A stretch of 64,000 nt of DNA from Lingula anatina (Eukaryota; Animalia; Brachiopoda). The position numbers and the translations under genes are program-made. The notes under the pieces were generated by a model. That model saw nothing but the letters and a program-made list of their open reading frames with translations, did not search any database and was not told the origin of the DNA. Positions 50,903-63,312 of the stretch are shown here, one piece after another. The DNA is taken from contig CM120642.1 in the NCBI GenBank assembly GCA_051362555.1, positions 5,208,001 through 5,272,000 of the forward strand. The letters run 5' to 3'. The first letter of the stretch is position 1. Each line of letters begins with the position of its first letter.

Positions 50903-52186
50903 ATGGCCGTCTTGACAGGGAGGCTGTTTCGCCTGCGTTCCATGGCCACCACGTGCATCGTTCGGCCATTTCGAGTATTCGGTATAACGAATATTATCAT
51001 CGCCCTTATTGTTGTCATAGGCCTGCTTGTGTTTCTCCCTTCAAAGAGCACTGACACCGTTTATCGCTTTGTCAAAAGTTACGGGTCAGGAAACAATGAG
51101 TTAGAAGAGGAGTTCATACCAACGGGGCCCCCGAAAACCATCCTATTTTGGAATGATGACTGGGGTTACATGAAAGATGGCGTGGACGGACTTTTCAAAG
51201 AACTGAACTGCCCGGTTAGTAACTGTATCATGACGCTAAACCAGAGTAAACTCAACGAGGCAGATGCTGTGCTTTTACATATCTGTCCTCTAGCGAACAA
51301 GAAGAACCCAGTTTGGCCAACGCGAACGAATCCCGACCAAATATGGATATTTTACACCCACGAGAGTCCCTGTTTTAGGGGGTTTGCTGGGAAATGGGAA
51401 CAGTTATACCCGGAATGGGACAGTAAAGGTTTTAACTGGACAATGACATACAGAGCCGATTCTGACATTCCAATGTTTTACGGAGACGTGTGGAAAAGGG
51501 AGACCCCAACGAATAAGAATTACACCGAGGTTGCCTTGAGAGAGAAAAAATTGGCTGTCTGGATATCCAGCCACTGTGAAACATTTGGACAAAGAGAGTT
51601 CTATATTAAAGAACTAAGAAAACACATGCCCTTGGACATATTAGGTGAGTGCGGGGATCCTAATGGTTGTCCCATGGAAAATAGAGGTTATATTGATGAC
51701 ACTTGCATGGACCTCGTTGGCGAGAATTACAAATTTTTTCTAGCATTCGAAAACAGTTTCAGTTTCGATTACGTCACGGAAAAGTTTTTCAAGACTTTGC
51801 GAGGGGACTTTGTCGTAGTAGTTCGCGGCGCCGCAGACTACACGCGTCTTGGCGCCACACCAGAAATGTACATCAATACCGCCAACTTCTCCCACCCGCG
51901 GGATCTCGCCGCATACCTCATGAAGATCGACAAAGATCCTGCCTTATATGCAAAAATGCTTGAATGGAAAAACTACTACGATGGCACAAGTTATACACCC
52001 AGGACACGGCAATCTTGGTGTGATTTATGCAAAAAGGTCAACCAGAACCCGATGCCACGGAAGACGTGGACGAACTTTAAGGCGTGGTTCAATGAAAGTG
52101 AGTGCCGTAAACCACCAGATCTAGATTTTGTAACGGAAGAACTGAAAAACGAGCCAATGAAACCATGGCCACGACCTGCCGCCTAA
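50903..52186 (+). CDS. Alpha-1,3/4-fucosyltransferase (GT10), intronless CDS, 427 aa
   Basis: Type II TM IIIALIVVIGLLVFL; TILFWN, CPVSNC, ADAVLLH, QIWIFYTHESP, FNWTMTYRADSDI, alpha-1,3-FucT motif YKFFLAFENSFSFDYVTEKFF, WCDLC. Confidence 0.95.
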   Translation: MAVLTGRLFRLRSMATTCIVRPFRVFGITNIIIALIVVIGLLVFLPSKSTDTVYRFVKSYGSGNNELEEEFIPTGPPKTILFWNDDWGYMKDGVDGLFKELNCPVSNCIMTLNQSKLNEADAVLLHICPLANKKNPVWPTRTNPDQIWIFYTHESPCFRGFAGKWEQLYPEWDSKGFNWTMTYRADSDIPMFYGDVWKRETPTNKNYTEVALREKKLAVWISSHCETFGQREFYIKELRKHMPLDILGECGDPNGCPMENRGYIDDTCMDLVGENYKFFLAFENSFSFDYVTEKFFKTLRGDFVVVVRGAADYTRLGATPEMYINTANFSHPRDLAAYLMKIDKDPALYAKMLEWKNYYDGTSYTPRTRQSWCDLCKKVNQNPMPRKTWTNFKAWFNESECRKPPDLDFVTEELKNEPMKPWPRPAA

Positions 52187-53632
52187 CATATGTAGACTTA
52201 CATGCAAATATAAATACATAATGTGTTGGATAATATGTGTAGTTGATGTGCTTCAGAACTTTGTAATTACGGTGCCCATGTATATAACTCGAAAAACGTA
52301 AACGGATGGGGGAACGGTCTGAATGTAATTTTAATTCTTTTATCTAAGACTCAGATAAATATTTAAATAATCCGTGATTATAAGAGTCAGGTTTGAATAT
52401 AAAAGAATTGATTTATTGTATAAAAAGAAACACGTGTCTTAGTTGTTTTGTGTCTAAAACGGGGTACTTTTCAAGTAACCGGAGTTTGCAAACCGATGTT
52501 AATATGTGACATACATCAATAAATTATAATTAAATATACTTTTACTTTCGTCCTAATCGAGTCCTACAGACTGAGTAACAGCAACATTTCAGAGGTAAAA
52601 TGTCCCTGATGGTTTTTGTGGTTTTATCAATCATAAGAATTTCACAACAATTATATGTAGAGAGAATAATAAGATCTTACATGTGTGAGCAAGAACGAAT
52701 ACTTAGGAGGAGAAAACGCCAACTATGCGTTTGCGCCCACTTTTGCACGATATAAATCATAACACCGTCACATCTATTTTGCATGGTGTCCGTGTTTTGA
52801 GGTTAATTAAAACGTCTTCTTCGTTTACATTGTATTATGGTGTACCCACATAGGTTGTCAGCTGCAACAGGTATGTTTGTTCTAAATTCGTAAAGAATCA
52901 AATAATTGCTTCCATTAGGGATTGCGGTAGATGCAAAAAACACATTGGAAGTTTGTCATAGCGAACCGCAACAACAATTTTCAATTTGGTTTGCGCGGTA
53001 GATACATAGTAGATGAGCAATGTTGAAACAGTAGACTTTCTTAATGACTTAGGGCAGCTGCCCCTTTTTGTAACATTTGTGTTATGCATTATTCGAGGAT
53101 TAACACGCAAGGTGGTCATTACTGCTGTAAGATACGTGGTTTTAATTAAGCTGACTTTTTAATGAGCCTTGCAAAAAGGATTATATCAGCATGATTATTA
53201 CCATGGGCAAACGATCAGTCATTCTTACTTACAGAATTTCGATTTATTCGTTAACTCCCCTTTATGATGAAACAATACCAAATGAAAAAAGGAAAAAGTA
53301 TATAATAACAGTTACATACGGTAAAAGATGGCACAAAGCTTACAAAACGGATCCTGAGCTGTTTGTGGACTGGCACGCCGAGGGCAACTCAGAGAGGAGG
53401 ATCCCTAAGCCCCCTTTACACTGGACGGTGTCATTTCTGCGTCCCGTTTACTATTATACTTTACTTGCCGACAGTTGACCAATCATTGACCAATCATTGA
53501 GCATTCATTATTCAACCAAAGCAATGCTTGTGACTCCTTTCTAAAACCACAGCGAAGACAGCTTCATGGTCACACAAAGGAAAGGACACCTCCAGTTTAA
53601 AGGGGTTTTACTCTACCAGTGATACATGTATT

Positions 53633-53833
53633 ATTTCACCCCGATATTTACTGGCCAGTGTTGAGGATTTCATTACGGTACCAGCCGGGTCCTCTTTGTA
53701 ACAAAAAGAGGTTATAGGAGAAATATTTGGGGATACCCAAAGTCTAAAAGTGAAACCCTTGTCAGATTTTGGGTATTCCCTCAATAGAAATGCTTTGTCT
53801 ATGGAAATGGAGCCCAGTAGGTTTGAGGGAAAT
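53633..53833. mobile_element. Old ~200-bp fold-back element (MITE remnant)
   Basis: Outer imperfect IR ATTTCACCCC..TACTGG / CCAGTA..GAGGGGAAAT; inner IR GGGATACCCAAAGTCT / AGATTTTGGGTATTCCC. Confidence 0.5.
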
Positions 53834-54819
53834 TTTATTCAACCAAGGAAGCACACGATCGACTTCCTTGATTCAATGAAAAACAGTGTATCGTTCTTCC
53901 TTTAGGACAACGGATTGTAGTCATAAAACGTCCACATTAATATCTTTTTAAATAAAGTAATTTTAAACAGAGTTTTTTCGAGATTAGCGAGTTATATCTT
54001 CTGAACGGTTTCATACCTCGACGCCGATATAAAAAATGAGGAGAGGAGAAAAGCAGAAAAAAACATCACTTTTAAGCATATCTTTGGCCTATTTTGATGT
54101 TAACACTAGCGTGAGATAATAGTGGAATGTTATTTTGATTTTTTTTTGCCTGAAAAAAAAAAACATGAAAATGAGTTACGCACTGCACTTAAATGCTCTT
54201 AACACGTCACATCTCTATATCTTGGTGCTCATTTTCAAATGCCATTGTGTACCGGTCGGTAAGAATTTTGTCACACACGATCATTAAACATCTATGTTTC
54301 GAGAAAAGGGATAAAAATACAAGTTCAAGAACAAGTTCACTTATGTTTTAAATTTCTATTTTTTTCAGAGTGGTTTCTTTGGTTGGTTCTTTATGAAATG
54401 TTTTCTTTGCTAAGGTGGCTGTATGGTCCCTTTTGGAGAAAAAAACTGACCTGTATACCTGTAAAGGTTTATTTCCTTTTTCATATTTCCATTTATTAAA
54501 CCCCTAACCAATGTATATTCACCAGCTCCCTCTGAGATCTTAGATGCAGACTGTACGCAGAAATGAAATATAATCACGTAACATAATTGATCTATAAGTT
54601 CCCAAAAGAAAATTGCTCAAGTAGCTCCATCGTGTAGTCACCGGAAAAGAAAAGTTGGACAAATGATAAAAGACCTGAGGTAGTTGATATAAGGCTGACT
54701 GTTTTTAGAGGTTGTTAAGATGAATGAGGTGATTATAGCTAATTAACGAGTGGAATTAACGATTGAGAAACGAAACAGATGTGAGAGATGTATGGCGACA
54801 AAACGAAGAAACACGCATG

Positions 54820-54966
54820 GGCTCCGTAACTCGAAAGTATCGCGAATTGCGAATAGCGATATCACCTTTTATTTCGAGGCTATTATATGGGGCAAGTATG
54901 GGCGAGTTATGGCGTCGAGACGCTTGCGCTCGGTCGCAATGCGCGATGCTTTCGAGTTACGGGGCC
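54820..54966. mobile_element. ~147-bp MITE, PIF/Harbinger-like
   Basis: GGCTCCGTAACTCGAAAGTATCGCGAATTGCGA (54820-54852) vs TCGCAATGCGCGATGCTTTCGAGTTACGGGGCC (54934-54966), 30/33 match; flanks ATG/CTG (possible CWG TSD with one change). Confidence 0.85.
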
Positions 54967-57900
54967 CTGGCCAATCATAATAAACATCATCACGGTTGTC
55001 TAAGAAAAGCGCACAGTTTTCATAGTTGTAATTTCTTGTTTGTTTTACGAAATATTACCCTTATTAAATTACGAAAGCGACGTCGTTCTCATTTGCAAAC
55101 AAATATTTTAACTTTTTCATTGAAATCGTGTTTCCCTTTTAAGTAAAAAAATAAAAAAATAATAATATTTCACTGTGTCAAAAAAAAAAAAAAAAATCAA
55201 AACGCAGCTGTTTTTTCAAACTTCCATAAAAATTCAATAAAATAGCAGGACCCTATGGCAAAGATACGTGTGATGTATTCCCTCTGTGGCCTTTTCTTTG
55301 AAAGAGGGAAAAAAAGAAAGTTAAGGCTCAAACGTAATATGACGTGTGATCCCTATGTCAAAAGCAATGCTGAAACTTATTTCAGTTGGTGATACACCAA
55401 AACGAAAGAGAAGACCCTTTTTTGCACCAAATCTTACTTGAGCATGGGCAAATGTGTTAAAATGCCAACGCCTAATCCTTCCATGCATCCCGCCGTCTAG
55501 ATTCCAACATAGACATATCATGTTATATGTCATCGTGACATTAGTATAAATATAGGTATAACTATTATCATCATGTATCCTCACCGGATATAGAAGATGC
55601 GTGTTAATGATCAATTAAATCACATACGTGCTAGGAAATTGTTTTATACATGACGTCCATCTGACGTCAATTCAAAGTATTTGGACATACATGCATTTAT
55701 GTATTTATATATAAACGTACCGCAGTCATGATGTGATAAATGCCATTTATTTCAATTCGATGAAACTTGGCACTTAGCGATTCAAACGTTTGACTCATTT
55801 ACCATTGTAATATCAACGTGGTGCTAATGAGAAAAACTGAAGTCCAAAATTGCCGGAATGTTTACTTTTGCTGTGTTATATTTTATTCCGTTGTTTGTCC
55901 ATGCGATGAAGAACTTTGAATTTTCTGATACCTATAATAACGATATGACTTGTTTTCGAGCAAGCTGCTTGTAAATTCAGGGTACGAATATACATCATGC
56001 AACTTACATTTTATAGGCCGACCACAAGAGATTTTGAAGCACCGAGTTTACACTCAATACTAGAAAGGTTTCTTGCTATTGCTTGCATACGTCTTCATTA
56101 AATCCTCCGTCGCCTCTGATCATTCGTATGCTTGATGAAGATGGACATCGTCATTACCTCAAATCTGGACGACTTTGAGGAGAAAAGAAAATTTAGTGTG
56201 TGACATTACTCAAAGATGCATTTAAATTAACTTGGAATCGATACAAGTTGCGATACGATGTGAGCACAGTCGATGTAGACAAACTGTTTGACACGTATTC
56301 CATGATTCGCCAATATGAGACGCCGTTCGTTATGTTTTTGACAAAATCCTTTTAGTTCCATGTTCGATATTCATACAATCTCTCTGAAGTCAATGTCGTC
56401 TCTTATTGTGATGACCTTGACCTCGTTTCCCTTGACCCTCAGTCTCCAAGTTAAATATTAAATCTTTTGGCAATTTTTCTGTCTTATTGTTCCAAGCTGC
56501 CCTATAAGCATACGTAATGCATTTAACTTTTAACATTTAACTTTTTATGGATGCACATTTATGTCTAAAGTGAAAACTATGGTAACTCAATGTACAATTC
56601 ATTTGCACGTCAAAAACATTCTTGTTAATTTTACAAGATTCGCCTTACTACCCCATTTGTTAAAATCTGTTTCTGTTTTAAGTTATAATGTGACAAGAGC
56701 TTGAGAAAATGCCACTCCTTCAAATTTTACTGAGTGGCAAATTTGGTTCCTCTTCCCCTTTGGAAACCAATGAAAGATGTGCTTATATACAAAATCAGAT
56801 TTGTTGTACGTCTACCTTTAAATTCGTTTTAAACAAATTTCGCGCGGCCACCGCCTGCCTCCGCAGAGACACCACACAAAAAGGGTTTCACGGGCAGTAT
56901 ACGAGCACCATACGGACATTACGTGGTAAATGTAATCAAGGCTTAACTTATGGAATTTATAATTAGCTGCAACTTTCTTGCTTTAAAACAGGCATAATTT
57001 TTCAGTTGTTTGGACTACTACTAACCTGCTTTGGGACAAAGTAGACTAGAATTTCAGTTTTTGCAGTTCCGACCAATTTTCGGTCTCATATTTGTTTGTG
57101 AAACCATTCCCATGCTATAAAACAGTAATGTGAAGGTTAGCTTACTTATAGTTCTTGGGGATGGAAAGTTTGAAGAGAGACAGAAAGGATGATATCTTTT
57201 ATAGAAACTACGTAAGAGATCACTGTAATAATTACAAGGTACTAGTATACTGGTGTAGCAAGATCTCTGGTGAGAAATATAATAATAATCATAGGACAAA
57301 TAATAATATAATATTTGAAGACAACAGGAATTTGTCCCTGTTAGAATTAACCAAAACCAGATCATCGTGACGTGACCATGTCCAATAAATGAGTTGAACT
57401 CCTGGGAGTAGTGTACCTCGGTTTACATAAGAGTTATTATTCGCAGCAAAGATAATTCATCATACACCAGTTCATCATACAAGATCAATACATGTCGTTC
57501 CCTAAGCTATTCTTGCACTCGGAAATGAAACAAGCTAAATAGCATCATCATCGGTGACATTACAAAACCGTTGTGCATAACTTGACGGTGATGATGTAAT
57601 TAGTGAGAGACACTTTTCTCACGACACAGAAATAAATGCGTAACAACTGTAACACGGGTTTTGGAGAGCAAATTTTTGGCCCACTCTCACAATTATGGAA
57701 CAAAAGAAAAGGCTGCAATATTAAGATTCAGCAACACTAAATTTGATGTTGACTACCAAGCGTTCAAGTCCCAATTCTAAATGGGGTAAGAGAGGACCAA
57801 TTTTTGGTATAGAAGTTCTTTTGTACGGATGGCTCTAGTCTTGGATTATTATGATTTTCATTTTTTTGTTGACTATCATTATCTTCATTTCAAAACAAAC

Positions 57901-60900
57901 GAGCCATCATATTGTCATATAAGTGGTGAACACCGATCAATAAATTATAAAGGCTATTGCACTCTTCATAAGATGCTGTTGGGTAGAATTTGTAACACGA
58001 AAAGATCCTCTGTTGATGGAAATAATATTGAGTGAATAAAATAAAATTTTAAGCAACCATTCATGCTAATTGAAAGCAGTTTCACTTTCTAGCACATGAC
58101 AGTATTGCCTTTGGTTAAAAATTGAACTATATAGCTTTTATCGACACTTTTGCACGATAAAATATTGGCGCTTTAATAGTATATTTCAAATACAAATGCC
58201 GACCCCTATAGCTACCAGCTGTTTGAACGGGGCTTATTTGCTGAAACACAGCTTGGTACCGAAGGCAATGTATTTCTGCAAGTGATTCTATATACAATTT
58301 GATTTTTTTGTTTGTTCGTTTTAGTGCAGCGACTGCCACTTTTCAAGTACATGTAATCGTATTTTCATCGATTTGTTCTTGGATCTAGCCCCATGGTGTC
58401 ATGAAAGGCTCGCTATCACCGAAACACAAACGTTTCCCGCGAGAGAGCTCTGACGATGGTGCAGGATGTTACGAACCATGTAGCTATGTTGGAAAAGTCG
58501 CCTCAAACGAAAAGAGATTGCCAATAGCACAATAAGGTGTAGAAGAGAAATGCTACATAATGAATGGTGTATCTGTGTTTTGGAAATTAATGTGGACTAA
58601 ACGTTCCAATGCCGCCAATTGAGAGAGAGAGAGAGAGAGAGAGAGTGTGAGAGATTCAAACACGTACGAGTTTTGTTCTTTATTCTTATATTAGTTAAGA
58701 TCCTATGAATACATTTTTCCAGAAATTTCATCTGTACAATTTCTAATAAACATATTTCACTTACAAGACCATAGGATATGTCCAAGCAAAAACATTAGCA
58801 AATACTCCGTCACATTCTTTCAGAAAAGTTAAAATATATATGAAATAAAAGCAAAATGATTGTTCCAGACAGCTCATGGAGCAAGTTCATAAAACTCTGT
58901 AAGCTGATGAAAATTCGCAATGCTCTTTCAAGACTCAGATATGTTAACAATCAAGGAAAATATATGTATGTCATTATATACTCAATGCCATAGGTGACAG
59001 AACTGCGCAATGTACACACGAAATCGCCTTAACACGTGGCATGGAAATCTTTAGTCTGTCTTCACCATTTCCCAGGAGAAACTCGTCTTCACACTTACAA
59101 AATAACTGTTTCTTTGGCCGAGCATCATAACTCAGCCGAACCACTTAAAACAGCGTAATAATTAAATGAATAACATGAAAACTAAAAATAAATAAATAAA
59201 TAAAATACTCAGAAATGATAATTATATAAATGCTTAAAACTGCATGACCGTACAAAGACATGGCGAAGATAAAATATCAACGATTAAAAACGGCCTCTTC
59301 ACCTAAATCTAATCAAAGCGTTTTGATCCTTTAGATCACTGATTATAATAAATTATCCGGTTTATTTCATGGCGTTTTTTTTTCCAGCTAGGATCCATAC
59401 GTCATCCTTGTTGAAATATAAACCAATTAAGGAATGGAAAAATCTGGCCTCGCCCTGAAGTGAGGGGCAAAATGATTTAACAATGATCACAAAGAAACAA
59501 ACACGGTCATTTTTGTCTTAATTAGAATGGAGACTATTCACTGGGTTTATTTCAAATTTACAGATTTATTATACTGATTAAGCGAATCACAATGGAGAGG
59601 CTCAACCCCCCCCCCCCCCCCCCCATAAAAGAGTCTGGTTTGCTTCATTAATTTTAACCTCTATATATAGAGCTGCAGTGTGCTAACATATAAAATTATC
59701 TAATACATCTTAATTTAGGTGTGAGCAAATTTTGTGGCAAATGTTGTCATTAAACAAAAATAATGTATTGTACAGTTAAGAACAGCTCTGTGCGCATAAA
59801 GGCAACAGTGCTTTGAGTTAGGGAACAGAGGGACAAACTGGCAAAACCAAAATAACTTTTTGTGTTCATCATTGCATGTGAAATCCACAATTTTTTGCAT
59901 TTTTTTTTTTGAACACCCAAAGGTGGAAAACCTCCAAAAGTTTGAAAATTCCAATCATATATTTAATGAAAAAAAGGGGCGGGAGGGGGGAAGGGGACAA
60001 GCCATCACTTCATACCCCATGTGAAATTATTGAAATAGGGACTGCTGAAAACATTGGATTTAAAATAAACATGACTTCAGCATTAATATCATACAATACC
60101 AGATGCTATAAAACAAAACAATTTAAAATATTTTTAGCAATTAAAATAAATAAACCTCAGAAATGCTATCCTTTCACTATGTAATACCCCCTTTAAAGGC
60201 ACACACAGAACAATAGACCTTTATTTAGAAATTCAAAATTTCTGGTAATTTCAACTTTTTTCCTTAGTCATCAAAGTAAGCCACATCCAAAACAGTTCTC
60301 CAGTCAATTCAAGCTAGCTTGTTTATGAGTTTAAATGCAAACTTCTTGGGCCAACAATTCCAAAACATTCCTTCAATTTCCCCCTAAAGATTTTAGAATG
60401 CAGTCCATTGTGCTTACGTTAAAACTGGTGCCAATGTGTTTATGTTACTTTTAATACAGATAAAGCAGATCTTCACATTGTAGGTAATGTGCAGTAGGCA
60501 ATAATTAAAAGTATGTGTGTGCTTGTGTATGTGGTAATTATGATAATTATGCAGTAACTGCTTTAAATCTATACAAATATAACACTGTACACATCTGTGA
60601 ACAAATTTTCAGCAAATATATTACTGATATATAACGTAAAGTGTGCGCCAGAATATACCAAACAAAAGTGAAAAATAATTATAAATGACAAGGTTTGTCA
60701 GCTTGTTGTGTCCATCTTCAGTAAAGATTTTACTGCTTGCGCAAAAAGTACTTTTCACTGTAGGATAATAATTACAATGTGTACATCATTATCACCTTAA
60801 AAGGTAAAAGATAAAAACTCAAAATGCTAATCCTACATAAACCACAGGGTTAATCAACTTGGTTCACATATACCAAAATGCTCATGCTGCTTCTAAAACA

Positions 60901-63087
60901 GTTCAGAATTAGAGCAGACTTTACCCTGAACACTTGAGAAACAGAAAATGTTTTGAATTAAAGAAGGGTTCAAGATGGGCATACAATAATTCATCAGTTT
61001 TAGCTCACACCAAAGAAAAAAAATCCATGCCACAAAATTTGTTTGACACAAACAATAATGGTAAGTATAAGGTGGTGAATTATGAGGAGTTTACTATGTG
61101 ACAACTAACAATATTTCAGATCAATTGGGTTGATTCCAATTAACCTTCTTGGTCCAAATAAAGCTGCCCAATCAGTTGATAGACTGATGGAACTCAACTT
61201 GAACTGATGGCTTGGCCCATCGGGTTACCTTACCAACCCAGGTGACATGAAACTTTTGCAGCATGGATCCAGGAACTAGTTTCTGGGCTTCTTCTTAAAG
61301 AAGCATGCACTGTGAACTGAACTTAAGTGGCCAATACACAGCACATCACATCTAACCCAACCCAGACATGGGCTGTGGCAGTTTTGCTATTGATCCACCC
61401 AGAGCTGGCTGACTAGATTGCATTAGGATGTGGGCTCCAAGGGTTGACCTTATCGTGTCATGGAAACATTTCATCCCAGTTCAATCACAGCTGAGAAGTT
61501 TGAGAAAAAAATGGAGAAAAAAGAACAAAAATGAAACCCATCATGCAATAATTCAATGAGAATCATTCTACATGCACGCCAGATTGAAGTTTTGACTCAC
61601 TGGTGCTCATCAATCCAAATCTACATTGCAAAATGGCCCTGAAAAGGCCAACTCTCAGCTTCATATTCCAAAAAGAAAATGTGAAATCTTTTGCAAAGTA
61701 GTCACTGCTGGCGCTGCTTAAGATCCAAATGAATGCACTCATTCAGAACCTACCATATAATTGGTTAAGTGAATAATTATTTTTACATATAAATGTAATG
61801 TAATGTCATATTACCATGCAGGAACTGAAAAGTGAGCTCCACTCCATAAATATGTCAAACAGAATTATCTGCTCCAAATGAACAACTTTCCAATGCAGAC
61901 AAGATTAACTATGTTGGTTAAGCAGACTGTGTCATCTAAATCCAGACACAGTGACTTAATATGCTTTCCATTTTGAACTTTTAGCCAGGCGAATACATTG
62001 TTGAATTAGCGAGCATCCTCTGGACATATGATGGCAAATCTTATCATTGCTGAGTGCTCTTAAAATAAGATATGACTGAACTGCTTCTCCTTGTGATGAA
62101 ATGACTGAATACTTCTTCAAATTTTTCCATTTCCAATTATTTAATGTTTTGGTTAAGTAATCCCATTTCTAAAATCCTTGTCACCTTGTTGTATTGGAAT
62201 CGCTTAACCTTTGGTGTGGTTCTGAAACTGCTTACAAGAATGGCCTTGCTTTCTGGTGTTAAATCCTTAATACTTTAGAATTCTTGTCTGACACAAATGG
62301 CATAAATTGGACAGAACTAGTCTCTTACTGATCAGATGAAAATTTAGAGTGCTCTTTGTGCAGTTAAATGACCAGCAAAATTGTCTTTTTAAAAGTTAAA
62401 TTTTGAAGATCTTGTGGCATAATTTTTAAGTGGCTTGAGCTATTGCGGTTTTTTTTTTCCTTTTCATTTTAATGCGACACCATCAGCATCTCAAACCAAA
62501 TTGGTGTAGCTCATGAATAATTTGACTTAGAAAATGATAATTATGAATACTTCATTCTCCTATGTCTCTGTAATGGTGATTACTTGGTGCGGTTCTGAAC
62601 CGGATTGCAAGCAATACCTCTCTAGAGGCAGTAAAGTGCTCCCACAAATACATTTACTCTAATACATCCGCTTGGAGTTTTTGGTTCAGTCTTGTGGGTT
62701 TTCAACCCAGGTGCAGAAAGCAAAAAACGTGATATACATAAATGGGTGTTTAAATTCCTTTTCAAAGAATAAGTAACTGATGCTTTCCCCATTCTTCTCT
62801 GGTTTTAAGAACTGTGCATGATCCAAAAAAAGTATGGTTTGGTTCATCCGTATATAAAAGCAACTGATCTTTCATTAAAACCATATGCCATTTGAACACT
62901 ACCTTTGCCACTTCATGCCACTGAAATGTAACATACTAGGTAATAAAAGATAAATTTTCCATATTGTGAGTATCTTTTTATGGATTTTCTCACATTGTTA
63001 AGAAGCTGGAATTGTTTCGAGCAGCATGACATACTATCCTGGATTCATCAGTATCATTTTTCTTAAAGTCTGCAACTCATGCAAATG

Positions 63088-63312
63088 TCATTTCTTTTTC
63101 TTTTTTCCATTCACTGTGCTTGGCTCAGTCACATTTTTTGTGTCTTGGTCAGTTTCAGACTGTTTCTTTGGTGGTAAAACCGACCTTTGTTCGTCAAGGC
63201 GATTTGACTGTATACGCTGAATAAGTGTGAAGAAATCTTCATCTGGAACTGTTGGTGCTGAACGTACATCAACTGGTTGTAGATGACTTCTCTGGTCCTC
63301 TAATCTTGTTCC
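63088..63312 (-). CDS. GPSM2: Terminal coding exon of G-protein signalling modulator (Pins/LGN/AGS3); gene continues beyond the window
   Basis: Acceptor at 63313-63315, then GTRLEDQRSHL (end of one GoLoco) and APTVPDEDFFTLIQRIQSNRLDEQRS (last GoLoco of the GPSM1/2 family), ending KKKK*. Confidence 0.88.
   Translation of the reverse strand, partial: GTRLEDQRSHLQPVDVRSAPTVPDEDFFTLIQRIQSNRLDEQRSVLPPKKQSETDQDTKNVTEPSTVNGKKKKK

Noticed and set aside
52500-59500. Possible isolated exons (e.g. ~56017-56067, 58390-58570) and short ORFs
   Set aside because: Could not link them into a frame-consistent gene or recognise a product; an unrecognised gene or lncRNA is not excluded.
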